NCBI GenBank assembly: GCA_964016885.1 | Contig: OZ024764.1 | Span: forward strand, 23,002,001-23,066,000 | DNA from: Eledone cirrhosa | Lineage: Eukaryota | DNA: 64,000 bases | Direction: 5' to 3' | Shown: in pieces, positions 50,016-64,000 of the stretch | Numbering within the stretch: the first letter of the stretch is position 1 | Layout of the letters: each line of letters opens with the position of its first letter | Position numbers and translations under genes: made by a program | The notes under the pieces: generated by a model | The model's input: the letters and a program-made list of their open reading frames with translations, nothing else | Database searches by the model: none | What the model was told of the DNA's origin: nothing

Positions 50016-50347
50016 TGTTAGTCAGCACATTCTTCACCAAAGAAGGCCTTAGTATTTATTACAGTCCATTTATCAATATAGAAATATTATATGAAATTTG
50101 TACTGATGTATTACAAGTTTCTCAGTATCTTATAATGTTCTTTTATTATTTCAGAATACCAGAGGACATTGGCATTAAAGAGCACGTTATATCAGACATA
50201 TCCTCAACATTAACCATTTCTAATGAAATACACTAACCATCATTTTCAAATAATTTTGAAAACACTCAACACTTTGAAGTGATTTAGTAATATAACTAAA
50301 TTTCTCAGTATTAAGCTGTGAATTATGTGAGAAACTGAGGTGATTGA

Positions 50348-51646
<1,299 letters not shown>

Positions 51647-52294
51647 CTGTATCAATATCAAACTCATTACTACAACAACAACAACAATTGTGTAGATCCA
51701 TCATCCTGGCTAAAACTGGGGTCAACCTTGTAGGTTTTACCTATGACAGGGATCATAAAGACCAGGTTTCCATTTTTGAAGCAGTGTCTCAAGATTTTGT
51801 GTAAATTGAAGTTTTTCACATTAAACTTTCATTTATTATACTTTAACAGGTAAGATATATATTTGTATTTTTAGTAAAGGTTGGGAACTTCTGTAATTTA
51901 AACCTGCCAATAAAATGAAAACTTTTGTTGTTGTTAGTCTGACATTGATATTAATTCTATTGTCCTGTACATTGTCTCAAATATCACAGATTAAACAGAT
52001 TTTAACAATAACAACAGAAGTCAATAACTTGTAAGCCTAATATCTAGCTTCCATTTTAACTATTTGATATTGTTGTTCCCCTCCTGTCTCTTCAGGTCTT
52101 TTAGATTTCAACTTCTATCTACTGTACTATTCCATCACCAAGGCAACATTCATCTGGCTGGCAGCTTACATCAACTACAGATCTCATCAGTGGTTCACAA
52201 CAGGCTGTCTGAAAGAAACTTGCTGATATCTTCTATGTCATAGCTATCAATCTCCCCCTCCTTATCATATGTATCATGTAGAACATCTCTGAAT

Positions 52295-52945
52295 TTATAT
52301 TTAACAGGGAGATCTTTTACTGTCCCTACCCTTTTCTCTAGGTTGTCTTGTACCTCTCTCACAGTCCCTCTAGATCTTATATTTAACAGGGAAATCTTTT
52401 ACTATCCCTACCCTTTTCTCTAGATTGTCTTGTACCAGTCTCACAGTCCCTCTCGATCTTATATTTAATAGGGAGATCTTTTACTGTCTCTACCTCTTTC
52501 TCTAGGTTGTCTTGTACCTCTCTCACAGTCCCTCTAGATCTTATATTTAACAGGGAGATCTTTTACTGTCTCTACCCTTTTCTCTAGGTTGTCTTGTACC
52601 TCTCTCACGGTCCCTCTAGATCTTATATTTAACAGGGAGATCTTTTACTGTCTCTACCCTTTTCTCTAGGTTGTCTTGTACCTCTCTCACAGTCCCTCTA
52701 GATCTTATATTTAACAGGGAGATCTTTTACTGTCCCTACCCATTTCTCTAGGTTGTCTTGTATCTCTCTCACAGTTCCTCTATATCTTATATTTAACAGG
52801 GAGATGTTTTACTCTCCCTACCCTTTTCTCTAGGTGGTGTTGTACCTCTCACAGTCCCTGTAGATGTTATATTTAACAGGGAGATTTTTACTCTCCAACC
52901 CTTCTACAGATAGTCTTGTATCTGTCAGTCCCTCTAGATCTTACA
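52295..52945. repeat. About 82-bp minisatellite, about 7.5 units, embedded in a minus-strand RTE remnant (about 52075-53055)
   Basis: Units start at 52303, 52385, 52467, 52549, 52631, 52713, 52795 and 52875. Confidence 0.88.
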
Positions 52946-55900
52946 CCTAGTATCTAGTCTATGTTGAGTGGTACGTCCTTCTCCAGTAAGGGAGTTAATA
53001 TTCCCAACCATCTGTCTATCCTGTTTTCTGATGAGAATGAAGTCAAGCTAGTTTATCTCTTCACCTGATTGAAGTAACTAGATCAAGTAACTAGATGTTT
53101 TCCTGTAAGTTAGTGTTGCAGTGTTTGTGTCACCATGTAAGGTTTATATCTATTAATATAGAGATGTAGTAAAGTTTTCACTGTTGTATCTCTATTTTCT
53201 AAATATCTTAATAATGTTTCTCTACTATTTCAGAATAGCACATGACCTTGGCAGAAAAGATTCTTTTAAAGACAACAGAAAGATGTTACATACAAGTGAT
53301 ATAAACTTGTTTAGTCTGTGGTGAATTATGGTGAAATATTTCTTCTGAATTGAGATAAATAACAACATATTCCTTTTTCACTGTCTGGAATATTTACAAG
53401 ATGATTTTACATTCTGATTAAACTTTAGATATTTACAAAGGAGTTTTCAAAATATTTGGATATTGACAAAGATCACATTTGGTAAAAATTATGAACAATA
53501 GAAATATTTACATCAACATAGGAATAATTTCCAGAAGAGATGGGAAAATCATTATACCACTGTAATATTTGTGGTAAAGTATTCTCTCTTCTTTATATGT
53601 AGAACATCTAAATAAACACTTTAACTAACAAACTATTGTGCTATAGAAATGACAAACTTGAGCAATGTTTAATAAATGTTACAGATTTCTCCAAACTGTC
53701 GTTTACTAACTTTAATTTGAAGCTATATTATCTATATACTACTAAAACTCTGTGATTGTGTCTTGTCTAATTTAATCCAGCTAAAACAGTGCATAATGGG
53801 GAAATACTTTGAAAAGAATAAAACAATTTTTGTATAAATTGGAGCACAGGTTCCCAAGATTCAAGGTTTTCTGGGTACCTTGATATATATAGGGAGAGAA
53901 AGAGATAGTGGTTGTGAGAGTGAGGAGACAGATGGAAGAGAGAGAGAGAGCTGGTGGTGTTGTTTAATAAAATGTGTGTGTGTATATATATATATATACG
54001 TATGTGTATATTTTAACTATTTAAAAATTATTTTTAAATGACTTTTAAAAAATAGTTTTAAGGGAACGTGACCCAACAGTTCCCGGGTGGTCTAGTTTGT
54101 TACTAAATACTAGATATTAGAGGGTCATGTTGTTCTAGATGTGCTGGAAGAGCCATTCCATCTTGTGAGGCTCACACCAGCAGCTAGCCACCTCAGCACC
54201 TATGGTGGTATATTTATTATATTATTTATTCTTTATCATTAACATTAATATAAAAGATAATTATATATTTTTAGAAAAGAACCTCTAATTTTATATAGCT
54301 TAGGGCTTCAGTAGGTAAAAGTCTGGCCCTGCTTGTCTTGTATTTTTTAGGGGAGAAGTTAGGGAATACGGTTATTGTGTGAAAGTTTTCTAAATCTTCT
54401 TCAGCCACTAACATGGAGAAGATATTTCAGTAAGAAGGTTCACATCCTGACATCTATAGCTGTTAACAATGAGATTGGAATTCATTATTAAACAAATGTT
54501 ATATCATCATCACTGTTTAACAACAGTTTTTTCACGCTGGCATGGGTTAGACAAGTTATCCTGTTGTAAGCAAGGCCAGGTCAGGTGACCATGTCTGGCT
54601 CCTACAGAACAAATTTTGGATTGGTTTCTACAGCTGGATGCCCTTCCTAGCACCAACCTTATTTACATTGAGTACTGGGTGCATTTTACCATCTCACCAT
54701 CACGACCACTTTACAGTGTGGGCTGGGTGCTTTTTGTTGTGACACCTACATGACCACTTTAAAGTTTTGACTGTGTGCTTTTTGTCGTGACACCTACATG
54801 ACCACTTTATAGTGTGGACTGGGTACTTTTTGTTGTGACATCAACATGACCACTTTAAAGTTTTGGCTGGGTACTTTTTGTTGTCACCTACATGACCACT
54901 TTACAGTGTGGGCTGGGTGCTTTTTGCCGTGACACCTACGCAACCGCTTTACAGTGTGGGCTGGTTTCTTTTTGTCATATCACCTACATAACCGCCTTAT
55001 AGTGTTGGCTGTGTGTTCTTTGCAGTGTGGGCTGGTTTCTTTTTGTCATATCACCTACATGACCACCTTATAATGTTGACTGTGTGTTCTTTGCAGTGTG
55101 GGCTGGTTTCTTTTTGTCATATCACCTACATGACCACCTTATAATGTTGACTGTGTTCTTTACAGTGTGGGTTGGGTGCTTTTTGTCATATCACCTACCC
55201 AACCACTTTGCAGTGTGGGCAGTGAAATATCAGTAATGCACCAGCTCCAATATTCAGTAATCAGAAGAAGGGAGGTAGGCATAAAAGCCAAATTTGCTGT
55301 CTTCAATTAGGTTTTTGTGCCAACCCTTACCTATGGTCACATATCTTGGGTAATGACCAAAAGAATATGATTGCGAATACAAGTGGCAGATATGGGATTC
55401 CTCTGAAGGGTCTTTGAAGGAATGTTTCTCAATAAAGTGCATAGCTCTGAGATCCGAGAGTCACTCCAGGTGGAGCTGTTACTTCTCCTAATTGAGAGAT
55501 CACAGCTGCAATACTATGGCCATTTGGTTAGAATGTCTGAGGAAAGAATCACTGGATAGATTTTACAGGCAAAACTAACCAGCAGGAGACCCAGGGGTAG
55601 ACCTGAGCAAGATGGTCACATAACATCCATGAGCTTGGCTGGTCTCTCTGGGAGATCCAGCCAGATCAGTTGGAGTGGGTTGCTTCTGACAGGACCTGTT
55701 GGAGGGAGTGTTTGAGGACTCTGCCCCCAAGACCCTCTCTGGAATAAGAAGAGGTTGAGGTTACATAATCAACATCAGATTTCCCTGCTAGCAAGGGTTT
55801 AATGAGTCTACTTCAACCAAGTAAGTACTGAAATGAGGCTACTGATCTCCCAGACAGACCAAGGATCTGAGACTTATTACATAAGGTCTCATTTGCTACT

Positions 55901-56042
55901 GAGTGCACAGAAAAGGTTGTCATGTTTTTGTCATGATTGAAGGGTTCTCCGACACTATTGTCGGGCAAGCTTTCTATGACTAGATGTCCTTCACATGACC
56001 AACCACATTACAGCCTGTGTTGGGTGTGTTTATCATGTAGGT

Positions 56043-58088
56043 GAGACATAACAAACTGAGGGTTCCCCAAGGGCCACATAGGTCACATGTGTTGTCTGAG
56101 GGTTGCACACTACAACTAATTATGTACACGACAACTTATTAGTCATTTAATAAAATATATTGCAGAAAGATTTGTTACTTAAATTTAGAAACATACAATG
56201 TACATACAAATGTTTTAGCAGCATTCATGAATACAAAGTAATGAAGTAGTTTGATAAAAAAACTAAAATTTCACATGTCAACATATACTTGCAGATTGTA
56301 ACATCAACAAATACATTGTACACAAATAACAACAGTTGAAAACTGAACATTTATTTGCTACTATTCAACCATTTTTAGTCTTTTGTCCTGAGGCTTGACA
56401 CTTCTTTCTGTTGACAATGTTTGGTATATCTGGCTGAAATGTCTGCACAGTTCGAACTTTAATCAGAAATGACAAGTGTTGATCTTTCAGCCTTGTTCTC
56501 TGAGAAGTTTTTGTTAAGCTAAGTACAGACTCAGTATGGGCAGTGATTTTCAGCTCTTTGCACATAAGAAAATGAATTAAATTTTCATCTGACAACGGAG
56601 ACTTCCATAAGCTAAGTTTTCTAATGAAGAACTTGATGTCATCATACAACTGAGTGATGGGTTTGTTTTTACCTTGTAATTTCAAATTAAGATCAGTTAA
56701 TTGTGCAGTAATATCCACAAATAAAGCCAGATGTTGGAGCCAACTATTATCTTTTGTTTCATCTGTGTTTTGACCTTTCATCTCCAAAAACATAATTATT
56801 TTAACAAATAGCATCTTTTCAGCACTTTGTGACATGTCAACCAGCAGACTTCTGTGTAGAATGGAACATCGGTGAACTGATTATCCATATCTTCCAACAA
56901 CTGGCTGAACTGACGGTGGTTGAGAGCACGGCCTCTGATTTCGTTCACTATCTTTGTGACCAAGCTAAGCACATGATGCAATTTTAAAATCTTTGAACAT
57001 AAATTTTGCTGATGAATAATACAGTGAAAATGTGCAAATGATGAATCTAGATATGAGTTTTCTATTTTTGTTTGTAACTTGGCAGCAACACCATTATGTC
57101 TACCAACCATATTTGCAGCACTGTCAGTAGATAAACATGCAAGTTTACTCAGATCAAAACCATGCAGACACTGCTTGACCTTCTCAAAGATGTCCTGGCT
57201 TGTTATAGTGTCATGCATGGGGACCAGTTCAATCAGTTCTTCATAAATATTAAATTCACAGTCACAGGCCCTGATGAAGAATGCAAGCTGTACTATTCCA
57301 GTGATGTCAACAGTCTCTTCAATAGCAATAGAAACATGTTCAAACCTTGATGATACAGCCTTTAACTATTGTTTCAGATCACCTGACATTTCATTAATCT
57401 GTTCAGCAACAGTGTTCCTGGTTAATGATATGTCTTTGAATAACTCTGCTTTCTCTGGACAATTTCAGCTGTTTTTACAAGACATTGCTTTACAAAATCT
57501 CCTTCACTGTAAGATTTCCCACTCATGGCAATCATTTGACTGAGTTCATAGCTTGCAGTTACGGAAGTGACATCCTCTTCCTGAATTAACATAAAACAGG
57601 TCTGTTGCTGTGTCAAGTTAGACTTCAATTCCTTGAGTCTTGAAACACACATTGGGCCTTCATATTTATCGTAAGATTGATGGTTTGTTTCATAATGTCT
57701 TTTTAAATTGTACTCTTTTGGCGTGGCGATGTAGTTGTTGCAAATTATACAGTGTATCTTTCTGTTCACCACTGGGCAAAAATACTGTAATTCCCACTTT
57801 TCTTGAAACACTTGCCCTTCTTCGTTCAATTTCCTTTTTCTCTTAGCTGGAGGAGCACTAACCATTTCAAAAACAAAATCTTTTGAAATTTTTAAAGAAA
57901 GTTTTCTGTTAATGAGCTGCACGTGATTAATGGAAGTTAAAAGTCGTTGACAAAATTTGCAAAAAAAAAATTATTGTATCGAAAATGTTTTAAATTTTAT
58001 ATTACGAAAATGAAATATGCTCGCACTGTAAAAACCTTTGTGTGGGCCGCAGGTTTGCTTGCCAAGGGCCGCATGTTTGACATGTCTG
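56043..58088 (-). mobile_element. Buster-type hAT transposon with both ends, an 8-bp TSD and a pseudogenised transposase
   Basis: TSD ATGTAGGT at 56035-42 and 58089-96 (NNNTANNN pattern). Imperfect TIRs gagacataacaaac / cagacatgtcaaac. The transposase is split over ORFs 57422-57922, 56796-57218 (HCIIHQQNLC) and 56365-56835 (LNLKLQG). Confidence 0.9.
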
Positions 58089-58897
58089 ATGTAGGTTACC
58101 AACACTAGGCAGGGCAGCATGTCCATCAGTGTCTTCTGCTACATTAACTACCAGGAGGTCACCACATGAGACAAAGACCAAAGACTACATTTCAAAGAAG
58201 GGTCATAAAAGAACTAAATACAAAAGTCCTCGCAGCAAAAAACAAATAATTGAGCTTTGGGTCTAGGTCAAGGGGCAGAAGTGCTGTACCCTGTGGATAA
58301 GACTGCAAAAGTATTCGCGCCGGACAGTGACACCCACTGCAATAGCCACCCCAACCCCATGGGACTCCCTCTTCAGACGGGCCACCAATGTTCTGATCTT
58401 ACAGAGGAGCTTGGCAGTACGGGGTCCAAGTACTTCTGAGGTCTCGATGGTGACCGGTGTGAAGAGACCTACAATTGATGTCATCCCAGTTATGTTGGAC
58501 TGTAATATACTGGGGTATAGAGAGGCCTTAACCTGTCTCAGCCGAGCCACCCAGGGTTGTGTCATCTAGGTACCAGACAGGGGTAACTAGACCATGTTGT
58601 CAACTGTCACCACCAATAGGAGTGAGGCGAGTGGGTCCCCTTGCTAGACACCATATATAAAACGTATTTGCTAATTACTTTAATGAATAATTTGTTTCAT
58701 ACGTAATTATTACTTTTAACACAATAGGATTTTGTACACGTGTTTGTTTGAAAACATCTTTCAAAGAAGTATGAGACAGTCTTTTGTAGTGTTTATTATA
58801 ATAAATTACTGTATGTTGAGCTGTTTTAACTTCTCCACCTTCTATTATTTCATATTGTTTTTGTAAAAAAACGAGATCTTTTTCATATATATATATG

Positions 58898-59010
58898 AAG
58901 GCGTGTGGCTGAGTGGTTAGAGAATTGGATTCGGAATTGTGAGTTCGATTCTCAGACTGGGCGGTGCGTTATGTCCTTGAGCAAGACATTTTATTTCACG
59001 TTGCTCCTTC
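58898..59010 (+). mobile_element. tRNA-derived SINE head fragment
   Basis: A box TGGCTGAGTGG (58906), B box GTTCGATTC (58943), then tgtccttgagcaagaca, a motif typical of conserved SINE cores. Absent from the paralogous copy near 9810. Confidence 0.7.
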
Positions 59011-60153
59011 TACCTGGAGTTGCGACCGATAGATAGTATTAGCAATTGGAAAGACCAATGGAAACATTGTTTCCTCGGTCCGATTTGACGAAAAGTAGAT
59101 CATAAAAAATATATATATAGAGAGAGAGAGAGAGAGAAAAACACACAAACATACACTACTGTATTACATATGTAAGGGGAGATAACTCTCGTTACATCCA
59201 CCCTTCTTTTTGATATACGTACTTTAACTACTTTGTTCAATGGAATCTGCTTTATTTTGTCCTAAGTAGATTTCTGTTTAAGTATTTACGAGATTCACAA
59301 TGATTCACGTAACCAAGTTACTTACATAGAGATATATTTCACATAGAATCACAACAAATGAAAATATTAAGTCAACACTCTGTCAATCAGTCTCACATCA
59401 CATGGGGTGCCGGAGTCTCCCTCTAATACTTTCTGAGACAGTCTTACCTCGAGTGATAGCAAGGCTAAGATGTTGGAACTACCAAACACCCTCATACGTA
59501 TCATCTGACACCTCGGTAAGGAGAGCTGCCAACGATAACAAGAACCTCGTTGTCAGGGACCTATCTCCTCCAAACTTCAACTTCTCCAACACCACAGACT
59601 AGAATATTCTACTCTTTATTCCCTATCAAATATATTTCAGTCTAGTCATTTATCTTGTATCTTGTATATGTATTTTGAAAACTAACTGTCACATTTGTGA
59701 GACCCCAGTTAGTGATGTTTTCGTCTCCCTCCCACATCCTACATGCTGTAGTAAAAGTGAGGGTCACTGCTTCTGTAGACGAACGAAATAAAAGTTAAAC
59801 TACCAGTAATTATCGGCAAAGTATTTATTCCAGTCTGTGATGTTTGAGAAGCTGGGCTGCTGACAACGAAGTTGTGGTCACTGTTGGCAGCTGGCTTTAC
59901 CGAAGTACCCGATGACTCTTGTGAGGGTACTTAGCTGTTCTGGCGGTTTAGCCTCCATGACATGATTTTACTGAGATACCCGGTGATCTCTGTCAGGGTA
60001 CTTAGCTGTTCTGGCGGTTTAGCCTCCATATGACCCGATCTTACCGAGATACCCGGTGATCTCTGTCAGGGTACTTAGCTGTTCTGGCAACTTAGCCCCC
60101 ATATGACCCGATTTACCGAAGCACCCGGTGATCTGTGTAAGAGTACTTAGCTG

Positions 60154-60799
60154 GGCATAGGTTAAGTTTTACGTCCTCGAAAATGAAACTAGGTTTTCTG
60201 ACAAGTGAATGTGTTTTTTTTTTTTTCCAATGAAATTTACGATACACTCTTTGTTTATTTACAACAGGTCTCTATAGTGATATGGTGTTAATTAGTATTG
60301 CGTGTGTGATTATTTTCTCTTATATATATGTGTGTGGGTGTGTATATGTGTGTATATATATGTGCCTGTATGTATATATATATGTGTGTTTGTATATATA
60401 TATGTGTTTGTGTCATCATCATCGTTTACATGTTTTTACCCAAATCCCTTATCATTCTCTGTCCTTCCTATGACCCGGCCTTAATTTGTTTATAGTTGGT
60501 GCCAACTTTGGCAAGATATTACAAAAACATCTAAACGATGATGATGACACAAACACATATATATATACAAACACACATATATATATATATATACATACAG
60601 ACACACATATACACACCCACACATATATATATAAGAAATAATAATCACACACGCAATACTAATTAACACCATATCACTATAGAGACCTGTTGTAAATAAA
60701 CAAAGAGTGTATCGTAAATTTCATTGTAAAAAAAACAAACACATTCACTTGTCAGAAAACCTAGTTTCATTTTCGAGGCCGTAAAACTTAACCTATGCC
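60154..60799. mobile_element. Near-palindromic MITE/foldback (646 bp) with arms of about 280 bp
   Basis: ggcataggttaagttttacg ... cgtaaaacttaacctatgcc, with the flanking direct repeat cttagctg at 60146-53 and 60800-07 and a spacer of about 90 bp. Confidence 0.9.
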
Positions 60800-61559
60800 C
60801 TTAGCTGTTCTATTTTAATTACATTTACTGATTTCAACTTCATTTTTTTATTACAAACTTTACATAATTTAATTCCGTAAAAATATTTTACGTCACAAAA
60901 AAACTTGACCTTTGACATTGAAGCATGCGCAGTGGTGCTGTTGTCGACTTCCTGTCCACGTGTTAGTCTTCCTACAACAACATTTAGACAACATTTCTGT
61001 AAATACTAAACACCTGAGACTATAATGTAAGTATTATGTCTATTAATATTGTAGATTTAAGCTCACTTTTCACATCACAAGTATATATTTTCTTGTTTGT
61101 TTCATTACTGGAAATATAAAATGTTATCGTAATTATCTATATTTTACCTACCTCTAATTAATTAAAGTGAAAACTTTTGTTGTTGCTGAAAAATAAATTA
61201 ACAAAACTAAATATTTAAATATTCTAAAGGTCGTTTTTATATTATGTGATGATATAATTAATATATTTTATTACAATTGTATAAATTTACAGTAGAATAA
61301 CGTTGTAAATATGTTTTAAATATATACATAAATAACGTGTGTAAATAACATTATAAATTGCTGGCAATTCCTTGAGAAAGACATTACAAATATATTGTCT
61401 AAACTGTGTATAATAATATAATTTATTGAACAATAATGATAAAGGAAAGAAAAACACAGAGGGAGATGGCAATTGACCACCAAGTGTGATAATAGGCCAC
61501 ACCTCACACCTTAGGGGTTAACTACACACTTTGAGGCAAGCCAACACACTGGCAGCATT

Positions 61560-61902
61560 ACTAAGGTGTTGAAATAACCAGGTACCCTCACGGGTATCAC
61601 CTGGTGCCTCGGTAAGGCGAGGCTAAGGTGCTGAAATAACCAGGTACCCTCACGGGTATCACCTGACACCTCGGTAAGGTGAGGCTAAGGTGCTGAAATA
61701 ACCAGGTACCCTCACGGGTATCACCTGACACCTTGGTAAGGTGAGGCTAAGGTGCTGAAATAACCAGGTACCCTCACGGTATCACCTGACACCTCGGTAA
61801 GGTGAGGCTAAGGGGCTGAAATAACCAGGTACCCTCACAGGTATCACCTGACACCTTGGTAAGGTGAGGCTAAGGTGCTGAAATAACCAGGTACCCTCAC
61901 GG
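61560..61902. repeat. About 62-bp minisatellite, about 5.5 units, related to 59461-59533 and to the reverse complement of the 73-bp repeat
   Basis: Unit ggctaaggtgctgaaataaccaggtaccctcacgggtatcacctgacacctcggtaaggtga starts at 61621, 61683, 61745, 61806 and 61868. Confidence 0.88.
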
Positions 61903-62259
61903 AAATGACTAGATTTGTAGAAAAAGTAGGGTGAAAGTATACGAAGAGATGTAGTTTCACAGATCTACTCACACCTCACGTTGGGTGGGAAATAATTATT
62001 TTTCTTAGATTTTTTTCTAGACCCCTTTTCAATATTTTCTCTGAACCCCTTAGATACTTGCAATAGACGTTTTATTCCCCAGTATTAGGGTTAGGGTTTC
62101 CGTTTTCAGGAAGAAATGTCGATTGCAAAGATCTAAGAGCTCGAGAAAAATAATAAGGAAAGATAATTATTTCCCAGCCAACTGGAGAAGTGTGTAGCTC
62201 TTCTAAGCTCTGATAATCCTGTCTCCCACTTCTTTATCTACAAATCTAGTCGTTTCCTG
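61901..62259. mobile_element. MITE-like element with terminal and internal inverted repeats
   Basis: ggaaatgactagatttgtaga ... tctacaaatctagtcgtttcc, with an inner IR aataattat...ataattatt. The same right end recurs at about 48755-48785. Confidence 0.65.
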
Positions 62260-62348
62260 CTACTTTGAAGGCCCTATTTATTGATAACACCACTCGTAAA
62301 TCTTTGTCAACTTTTCATACGTAAATTGTGAATCAGTTATGACAAATT

Positions 62349-64000
62349 CACCTCGTGGACGAGAATGCGAGCACTCCTCTTTGTTTCGACCGCGGACGGC
62401 TAACATAACCCCATCCCCGCCGTCCCCCACTGCCCGCACCCTCCAAACGCAATCCAAAACTTCAGAGTTGGTACCATAAATGTAGGCACCTTAAAGGGTC
62501 GCGCTAACGAGGTTGTAGAAATGCTTGAACGTAAGGAGGTCGATGTTTGTTGTAATCAAGAGACCAGGTGGAGGGGTGGGTCTGCTAGATTCATCGTGGG
62601 TAAAGAACGATGCTATAAGCTTTTCTGGGTGGGAAACGACGATGGGCTGGGTGGAGTAGGAATCATGGTAGCAGAAAAGTGGGCAGATAAGATAATAGAC
62701 GTAAATAGAGTGAACGACAGAATAATTAAAATAAGACTTGTCCTCAATAGAACTACGGTGACAGTAATATCTGCGTACGCGCCCAAATCCGGACTGCCTG
62801 GCGCTATAAAAGACAGATTCTATGAGACACTGATGCTCACTACCTCCCAAATAACCGACAGTGACTATATAATTATTGCAGGCGACCTAAATGGTCACGT
62901 TGGACAACATTGTGACGGCTACGACGAAGTCCATGGAGGCTATGGGTTTGGTACCAGAAATGAGGAAGGCTCCAGAATCCTGGAATTCTGTGACGCAAAT
63001 AACCTAACTATCTGTAACACTAACTTCAAATAACGTGACAATCACCTGATCACCTATAGATCCGGGGAACACACAAGCCAGGTAGATTATATCCTTACCA
63101 GAAGACGTGACAAGAGTGTCTGTTGTAAACACTAAATCCCTCCCCCATGAAGAATGCACCTCCCAACATAGACTGATAATTAGCGACCTCATAGTCAGGA
63201 CGAGACGTACTCGACAGCAGAAGAGGACTATCCTCAGGAGAAAAATATGGAAGCTAAAGGACCCCACAGCCAGAAATAAATTTCAAAGCATATTACTTGA
63301 TGCTTTCGACAGTAAGGAAGAGCATTTAGAGTCGGACAATATAGAGGGACAGTGGGAATTTCTGAAAGCAAACCTGCTGATGGCGACAGACGAAGTCTGT
63401 GGCTGGAGCAGGCCTGTTGGCAGGAGGAGAGTAACATGATGGTGGAACAGTAAGGTGGAGGGGTCAATTAAGGCCAAAAAGCAGGCTTGGAAAGTATAGT
63501 GGGATGGGGGAAGTAGAGAAGACTATCAAGTGGCCAGGAGGGAAGCTAGGAGACAAGTGTACTTTGCAAGAAGGGAAGCAGAGGAAAGAAAGTTCAAGCA
63601 TGTTCTACAACGCGAGGACCAAAAACGTGAGGTGTTCAGGATTGCTAGGCAATGTGTCAAGGAAAACCGTGATATTGGTCGGGGAGAAGTGTGTACTTAA
63701 TGATGACGGCGTACTTGCCATCACCGACGCTGATAAGAAGGTAGCTTGGCAGTGTCACTATGAAAGGCTACTAAATGAGGAGAATAAATGAGAGAAAGAC
63801 AGTCTCCCCCATATCGACCCAATAGAGGGACCAGCAGTGTTAGTCGAGGGTAGTATAATAAGTAAGGCCATCAAGGATATGAAGACGGGTAAGGCGGCTG
63901 GGCCTTCGGAAATAGTTGCTGAGATGCTGAAGGCATCTGGCACGGTGGGACACACCATGGTCACCCGGATAGTTAACCAAGTCGTACAGAATGGGGTTGT
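62349..64000 (+). pseudogene. 5' part of an RTE LINE (AP endonuclease plus start of RT), disrupted by stops and frameshifts; continues beyond the window
   Basis: FRVGTINVGTLKG..DVCCNQETRW..GVGIMV..SAYAP..AGDLNGHVG..GTRNEEG..NTNFK*, then SQHRL and GKAAGPS. In-frame stop at 63031-33 and more later. Related to but clearly diverged from 1-2031. Confidence 0.9.

Noticed and set aside
49644-50021. 125-aa repetitive ORF (MSLITTFISQFNL)n
   Set aside because: It is the translation of a 39-bp minisatellite whose length is a multiple of 3.
60282-60672. Mirror-image small ORFs on opposite strands
   Set aside because: They come from the palindromic MITE arms and TA/TG microsatellites.
62085-62099. TTAGGG telomere-like repeats
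   Set aside because: There are only about two units, and they lie inside a MITE.
63486-64000. Idea that the RTEs at the two window ends are one element or direct terminal repeats of a giant mobile unit
   Set aside because: The overlapping coding regions are clearly diverged, one is intact and the other has stops. They are independent insertions of related subfamilies.

Overview
Eukaryotic animal DNA, most likely an octopod cephalopod. This is inferred from the tandem '[10 protein letters not shown]...[11 protein letters not shown]' C2H2 zinc-finger genes, PHD-containing RTE LINEs and greatly expanded GC-rich rRNA genes. The window is an AT-rich, transposon-littered C2H2-ZNF cluster built from a segmental duplication (about 2450-10293 vs about 50110-59483, and 45416-46093 vs 60810-61483). 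One duplicate carries a 34-kb orphan block of two tandem 45S rDNA units (10292-44389) with sharp junctions, and the paralogous site near 59483 is empty. The most striking element is an ORF-less, highly structured insertion of about 1.2 kb in both 28S genes, exactly at the R2 retrotransposon target site (19748-20987 and 39334-40553). Its 5' end can fold, together with flanking 28S bases, into an atypical HDV-like ribozyme, and differences between the two copies preserve stems. It looks like a non-autonomous R2-dependent (SIDE-like) RNA parasite. Other contents are an IGS with 7 spacer-promoter repeats, RTE and CRE-like LINE copies, a Buster-type hAT, MITEs, a solo LTR, a tRNA-derived SINE and several minisatellites. 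All RNA folds and alignments were done by eye, and rRNA and fragment boundaries are approximate.
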